From Macrostomum hystrix (Eukaryota > Animalia > Platyhelminthes): DNA of 64,000 nt. The stretch spans positions 5,518,001-5,582,000 of the forward strand of contig CATNEN010000005.1 in NCBI GenBank assembly GCA_950097015.1, read 5' to 3'. Positions within the stretch are counted from its first letter, which is position 1; the number at the start of each line of letters is the position of its first letter. The notes under the pieces are model-generated. The model worked only from the letters and a program-made list of their open reading frames with translations, was not told the DNA's origin and ran no database searches. Shown here piece after piece: positions 59,308-64,000 of the stretch. A program made the translations under genes and the position numbers.

Positions 59308-59866
59308 ATCAGTAACAGAGTTTTGGAGACTAATCAATGCCTTGGCAGGCTAACCATAGATAATACCACCTTTCCACCAGTGTCCAGCCAGCATTATAAC
59401 AGGCTTTATAAATTACCGGATTTCTGTAAGGAGCATGCTATGTTTAAGCAAGTTTTGCTAAGCAATGGTCTCAAGCTGTCACTAAAGCAACGAGATACTT
59501 TTTTTACTTTAAGAGATAACTATGGCACGTTTAAGGCCTGCAAGTTGATCAATATTCTGCAAAATATATCCAGTCAAGAGACATTGCTAGCATATCAACA
59601 GTTCAATGTTTGTGAAAGCTTTTATAATCTACCATTTGAATCGTCCAAAATAGGAATTTATCGTCTCTCAGGATTGCAAACGCGAATTCAAGTTTCTGAA
59701 GCATACTTTGTGCAGTCAAAGCTTTTTGCTGTGCCTCAAAAGGACTCTGAATATTATGCATGTACAGCCCTTCATACACTTCGGTACATTACTTTTTATA
59801 GAATATTTTTGTGCCATATGACTTTAAACCAGTTAAATACTTTACTTTGTATGCTAAAATTTTCAG

Positions 59867-60059
59867 ATGTTCTCCATAATCGAGTTTTATGAGGAGCCTG
59901 GTGAACCCACGGCCGTTGTTCCATCTTCATGGGTTCGTGATAACTAGTCATTTTCCCCACCAAAACATCTCTACCGGACGTTAAGTGACTTTTGTCGTGA
60001 TCAAGTACCACCAAATATTGAATGGGAACGCTACAAGACTAATGTAATCTATTCCGATG
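59867..60059 (+). pseudogene. CMC accessory gene first coding exon (one in-frame stop)
   Basis: TTTCAG|ATG, MFSIIEF..AVVPSSWV..PP..P..WERY, GT donor. Confidence 0.5.
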
Positions 60060-60248
60060 GTAATAAATATTTATAATTTATTTACTTTTCAATTTTTCCT
60101 ATATGTGCTTTATATTGGACTTTCACATTTTTACCTATTTTTCCTAGATAACATGGAGAAGCTATGACGGTTAGAAAAGAAATTCGCCAAAAAGGGTACT
60201 CTAAGTGAAAGTGAAAGCGAATCGCGTGGACGAAGTCGCTGCCCTCCT

Positions 60249-60965
60249 GTTGACAATGATCCCCCAGTTGACAATGATCCCTAAGTTGACAATGATCCCC
60301 CAGTTGACAATGATCCCCCAGTTGACAATGATCCCCCAGTTGACAATGATCCAGCAGTTGATGATGATCCCCCAGTTGACAATGATCCCCAAGTTTAAAA
60401 TGATCCCCCAGTTGACAAAGATCCACCAGTTGATGATGATCCCCCAGTTGACGATGATCCCCCAGTTGACAATGATCCACCAGTCGACAATAATTCCCCA
60501 GTTGACAATGATCCCCCAATTGATGATGATCACCCAGTTGACAATGATCCCCCAGTTGATGATGACTCCCCATTGATGAAGATCCCCAGTTGACAATGTT
60601 CCCCCAGTTGACAATGATCCCCCAGTTGATGATGATCACCCAGTTGACAATAATTCCCCAGTTTACCATGATCCCCCAGTTGACAATGATCCCCCAGTTG
60701 ACAATGATCCCCCAGTTGACAATGATACCCCAGTTGACAATGATCCCCCAGTTGACAATGATCCCCCAGTTGACAATGATCCCCCAGTTGACAATGATCC
60801 CCCAGTTGACAATGATCCCCCCGTTGACAATGATCCCCCAGTTGACAATGATCACCCAGTTGACAATGATCCCCCAGTTGATGATGATCACCCAGTTGAC
60901 AATGATCTCCCATTTGATGATGACTCCCCATTGATGATGATGCCTAGTTGACAATGTTGCCCAGT
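60249..60965. repeat. 18-bp minisatellite (ATGATCCCCCAGTTGACA), about 40 units
   Basis: Direct reading; a 3-unit inverted relative at about 6995-7050. Confidence 0.95.
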
Positions 60966-61127
60966 TGAATTTTTATATTAGCTTCTTTTGTAGAAAATTG
61001 AGAAGGACAACAAGTAAGTGAATATTAGACAAAATATTTATCATACAAATATATATCATTATGACGTTATGAGATAACAAACTCAAAATGTCGAGAATTC
61101 AATTCAATGACAAAAGAAAACTTTTGT

Positions 61128-62138
61128 CATGATTCAAACTCTGGTTTAGCCATGATTCAAACTCTGGTTGGCCATGATTCTAACTCTGGTTTAGCCATAA
61201 TTCAAACGCTGGTTTAACCAAGATTTAAAATCTGGTTTAGCCATGATTCAAACTCTGGTTTAGCCATGATTCAGACTCTGGTTTAGCCATGATTTAAACT
61301 CTGTTTTAGCCATGATTCAAGATCTGGTTTAGCCATGATTCAAACTTTGGTTTAGCCATGATTCAGACTCTAGTTTAGCAATGATTGAAACTCTGGTTTA
61401 GCCATGATTCAGACTCTGGTTTAGCCATGTTTCAAACTCTGGTTTAGCCATGATTCAAACTCTGGTTTAGCCATGATTCAAACGCTGGTTTAGCCATGAT
61501 TCAAACTCTGGTTTAGCCATGCTGATGATGATGGTTTAGCCATGATTCAAACTCTGGTTTAGCCATGATTCAAACTCTGGTTGGCCATGATTCAAACTCT
61601 GGTTTAGCCATGATTCAAACTCTGGTTTAGCCATGATTCAGACTCTAGTTTAGCCATGATTGAAACTCTGGTTTAGCCATGATTCAAACTCTAGTTTAGC
61701 CATGCTGATGATGATGGTTTAGCCATGATTCTAACTCTGGTTTAGCCATGATTCAAACTCTGGTGTAGCCATGATTTAGTCTCTGGTTTAGCCATGATTC
61801 AAACTCTGGTTTAGCAATGATTCAGACTCTGGTTTAGCCATGATTCAAACTCTGGTGTAGCCATGATTTAGTCTCTGGTTTAGCCATGATTCAAACTCTG
61901 GTTTAGCCATGATTCAGACACTGGTTTAGCAATGATTGAAACTCCGGTTTAGCCATGATTCAAACTCCGGTTTAGCCATGATTGAAACTCTGGTTTTGCC
62001 ATGATTCAGACTCTGGTTTAGCAATGATTCAAACTCCGGTTTAGCCATGATTGAAACTCTGGTTTTGCCATGATTCAGACTCTGGTTTAGCCATGATTCA
62101 AACTCTGGTTTAGCCATGGTTCAAACTCTGGTTTAGCC
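61128..62138. repeat. 23-bp minisatellite (GGTTTAGCCATGATTCAAACTCT), about 44 units
   Basis: Direct reading. Confidence 0.95.
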
Positions 62139-62140
62139 TA

Positions 62141-62161
62141 GATCCCACCCCGGTGCCACCA
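62141..62161 (-). promoter_or_regulatory. Primer-binding site of family X (tRNA-Leu-like)
   Basis: TGGTGGCACCGGGGTGGGATC 2 nt from the LTR end; complement resembles a tRNA 3' end (..ATCCCACC..TGCCACCA). Confidence 0.7.
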
Positions 62162-62163
62162 TT

Positions 62164-64000
62164 TGAAATGGTTAGGGCTTTTGTAAGCCGATGACCGCCC
62201 TCATGAAAAGATAGGAGTGTGGAAAACGACGGTAGAGTCGGAAGGTCGATCGCGCTGCTGCCGCGAGTTGTCGCGGAGAGGGATGAGATGAAGGGAGGGA
62301 TGAAGGGAGAGATGAAGGGTGAGATGAGGCGGTACAAAGGATGCAAGGAGCGGTCCTATTGGCCTCAGGCTGGCCAGTTCCACTCGTCCCATAGGCCACA
62401 GGCATGACTGCCGTGCCTACCCCTAGCAATGCTCGAACCCGGCTAAAAGTCTAAAGTGAGGCATCGGACTATCCGTAGACAGATAGGACAGGGCTAGAGA
62501 GCCTACTGTCGTCAGTAGCATGTAAATAACCGACTCCTAACCTTGGTAGCGGTGGTCGAAACGGCCCAGGCTCTTGTCACAGAAATGCGGAAAGGCTATT
62601 GGCAAAGCGGAAAAAGATCTCGGGTAGCGCCACCACCCAATGCGCCTACGTTGCCACCGCAGACATTTGGGAACTTGGGTCCCCGGAGTACACAGCTCCC
62701 AGTTCATCACACAGATCTAGACAAGCCGAAAAATAGGGCATTCTGCAACTTCCGTTTTAGACTGGGGTGAGAGCCCCAGAATGGATCGAGACACGCCTCA
62801 ACAGGGGATTCCTGAATTCGCGCTACAGGGGTCTAGAAAGGTGGTACTGAGAACTCGAATGAAAATCCATAGCCGGAATCCTACTCATGAAACATCAGAC
62901 ACATTCCGTACATTAGATTGCAGCCTACACATTAGGTAACTAACAAATCCGAATCTGTGTGAGATGAGGAAATCAGAGGCAGGAGAGATTAAGCAGAACA
63001 CTGGCTGAGTGATTACGCAAGCGAAAGACTATTTAGACCTCGCTCCCGCCCCTGTGGCGGTAGTTGCGAGAGGAGGGGGGAAAGAAGGGGAACTCCATTG
63101 GCAAGGGAGTTTGACACGTACCCCTTTGATCTGCCGGGGAGAGAGAGAAGCCCGCCAAGGAATCCCCCGCACCCCAGCAGAGGTGCACATGCTACGCTCC
63201 GCATCTGCCCGCGAATCCCTAGCTCCATATTACTCTTGTGCGCGCTCACAGTTGTCTTCCTGCCGCAGCCTTCAGCTCGGCATCACCAGAGCCCACCCCC
63301 TAGGAGATTAGCCACTCATCTCTGAGGGCTGTCTAATAGATAAAATAAACATAGAGAATAAAGCAGAGTGAGTTTAAATTGTTATTAAAGATTTGCCTAT
63401 GGTTAAAGATTTGGCGATAGTGCTAATTTATTAAGCCAAACAGTCCAAATGCCCTTTCCCCACTAAAGTGCCGCCTAATTAAAGAAAAGTCCCTTAGGAC
63501 TAACAATTACAAACCGCTGCGCGGGTTACTTATCTGGATGCTGATTCGGCCGCGTGCTGCAATCCTGTAGCTCTCGGGGAAGGGATAGGGCAAAACAGCA
63601 AGGCAGAGAAGGGGAAACTGCTGCGAGTTGGCAGGGGCCAACACACTGGGAGCACAGTGGCTCAATTTAGAGCTCACCTAAAGAGGTGGCTTGCGCTTAG
63701 GGGAATGGAAACAGGCAATGGGCCTGTACTAGCTGCACGGAGCTCAAGCTCAAGGGTCTAAGCCCTACTTGGGTCCGGAAAGTGCTGTGGGTCCGGTGGG
63801 AGTCCGGCCCGGCAAAGAGATAGGTCCGGGGAAAAGGTAAGGTAAGGGGAAGGGTTCTTCTAAGGGCAGCGCAGCGCGCTTCCTTAAATAGTCTTGCAGC
63901 ACGCCAACCCCGACATCCATCAAAATAACCCACATTCGCGCCCGCCTGTCAACGGGGAATCGAAGCGGCGATGGCCGCCCCGATTACCCAATGAACCGAC
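62164..64000 (-). mobile_element. Family X LTR copy D (5' LTR), runs off the window
   Basis: Collinear with copies A and B; followed by the PBS on the minus strand. Confidence 0.88.

Larger units (their letters stand above)
52940..59890 (+). pseudogene. CMC/EnSpm-like transposase remnant 3, split by the Gypsy insertion
   Basis: SIDGVPLFQSS, ICDMPA, GYFSCDRC, DFQRKPK..WKATELRFF, HGLQHL, FIFENFN; removing the insertion restores LEQIS|NRVLE. Confidence 0.85.

Noticed and set aside
60082-60954. Overlapping ORFs (WGIIVN, LGDHCQ, PQLTMI repeats) that look like repeat or metal-binding proteins
   Set aside because: All are frames of one 18-bp minisatellite, open on both strands
61926-62117. ORF with MAKPEFES repeats
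   Set aside because: Translation of the 23-bp satellite

Overview
Eukaryotic (metazoan, probably invertebrate) genomic DNA with spliceosomal introns; no prokaryotic features, rRNA, true tRNA gene or CRISPR array found. A flatworm such as Macrostomum is only a guess from the overall style. Host genes: an intact two-exon secreted fibrinogen-domain gene, two intact MAPEG/MGST1-like paralogs that differ by one intron, and a disrupted ALK/LTK-type glycine-rich gene. The rest is a dense nest of mobile elements: a Harbinger transposase, two Crypton-like tyrosine-recombinase elements plus a hairpin-rich non-autonomous dimer, a mariner, two related Tc1/IS630-like elements (one DD30E), three CMC/EnSpm-like remnants, an intact Mag-like Gypsy, a BEL/Pao 3' half, four copies of a ~2.3 kb LTR, two remnants of a Gypsy-like family with an orphan ORF in the env position, three clades of LINE fragments, two tRNA-derived SINE families and five satellite arrays. 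Best leads: the orphan env-position ORF, the Crypton system (direct repeats, hairpins, head-to-tail dimer), the CCATAGAC motif shared by unrelated transposon ends, and the giant LTR. All coordinates and counts were read by eye; no searches were run.
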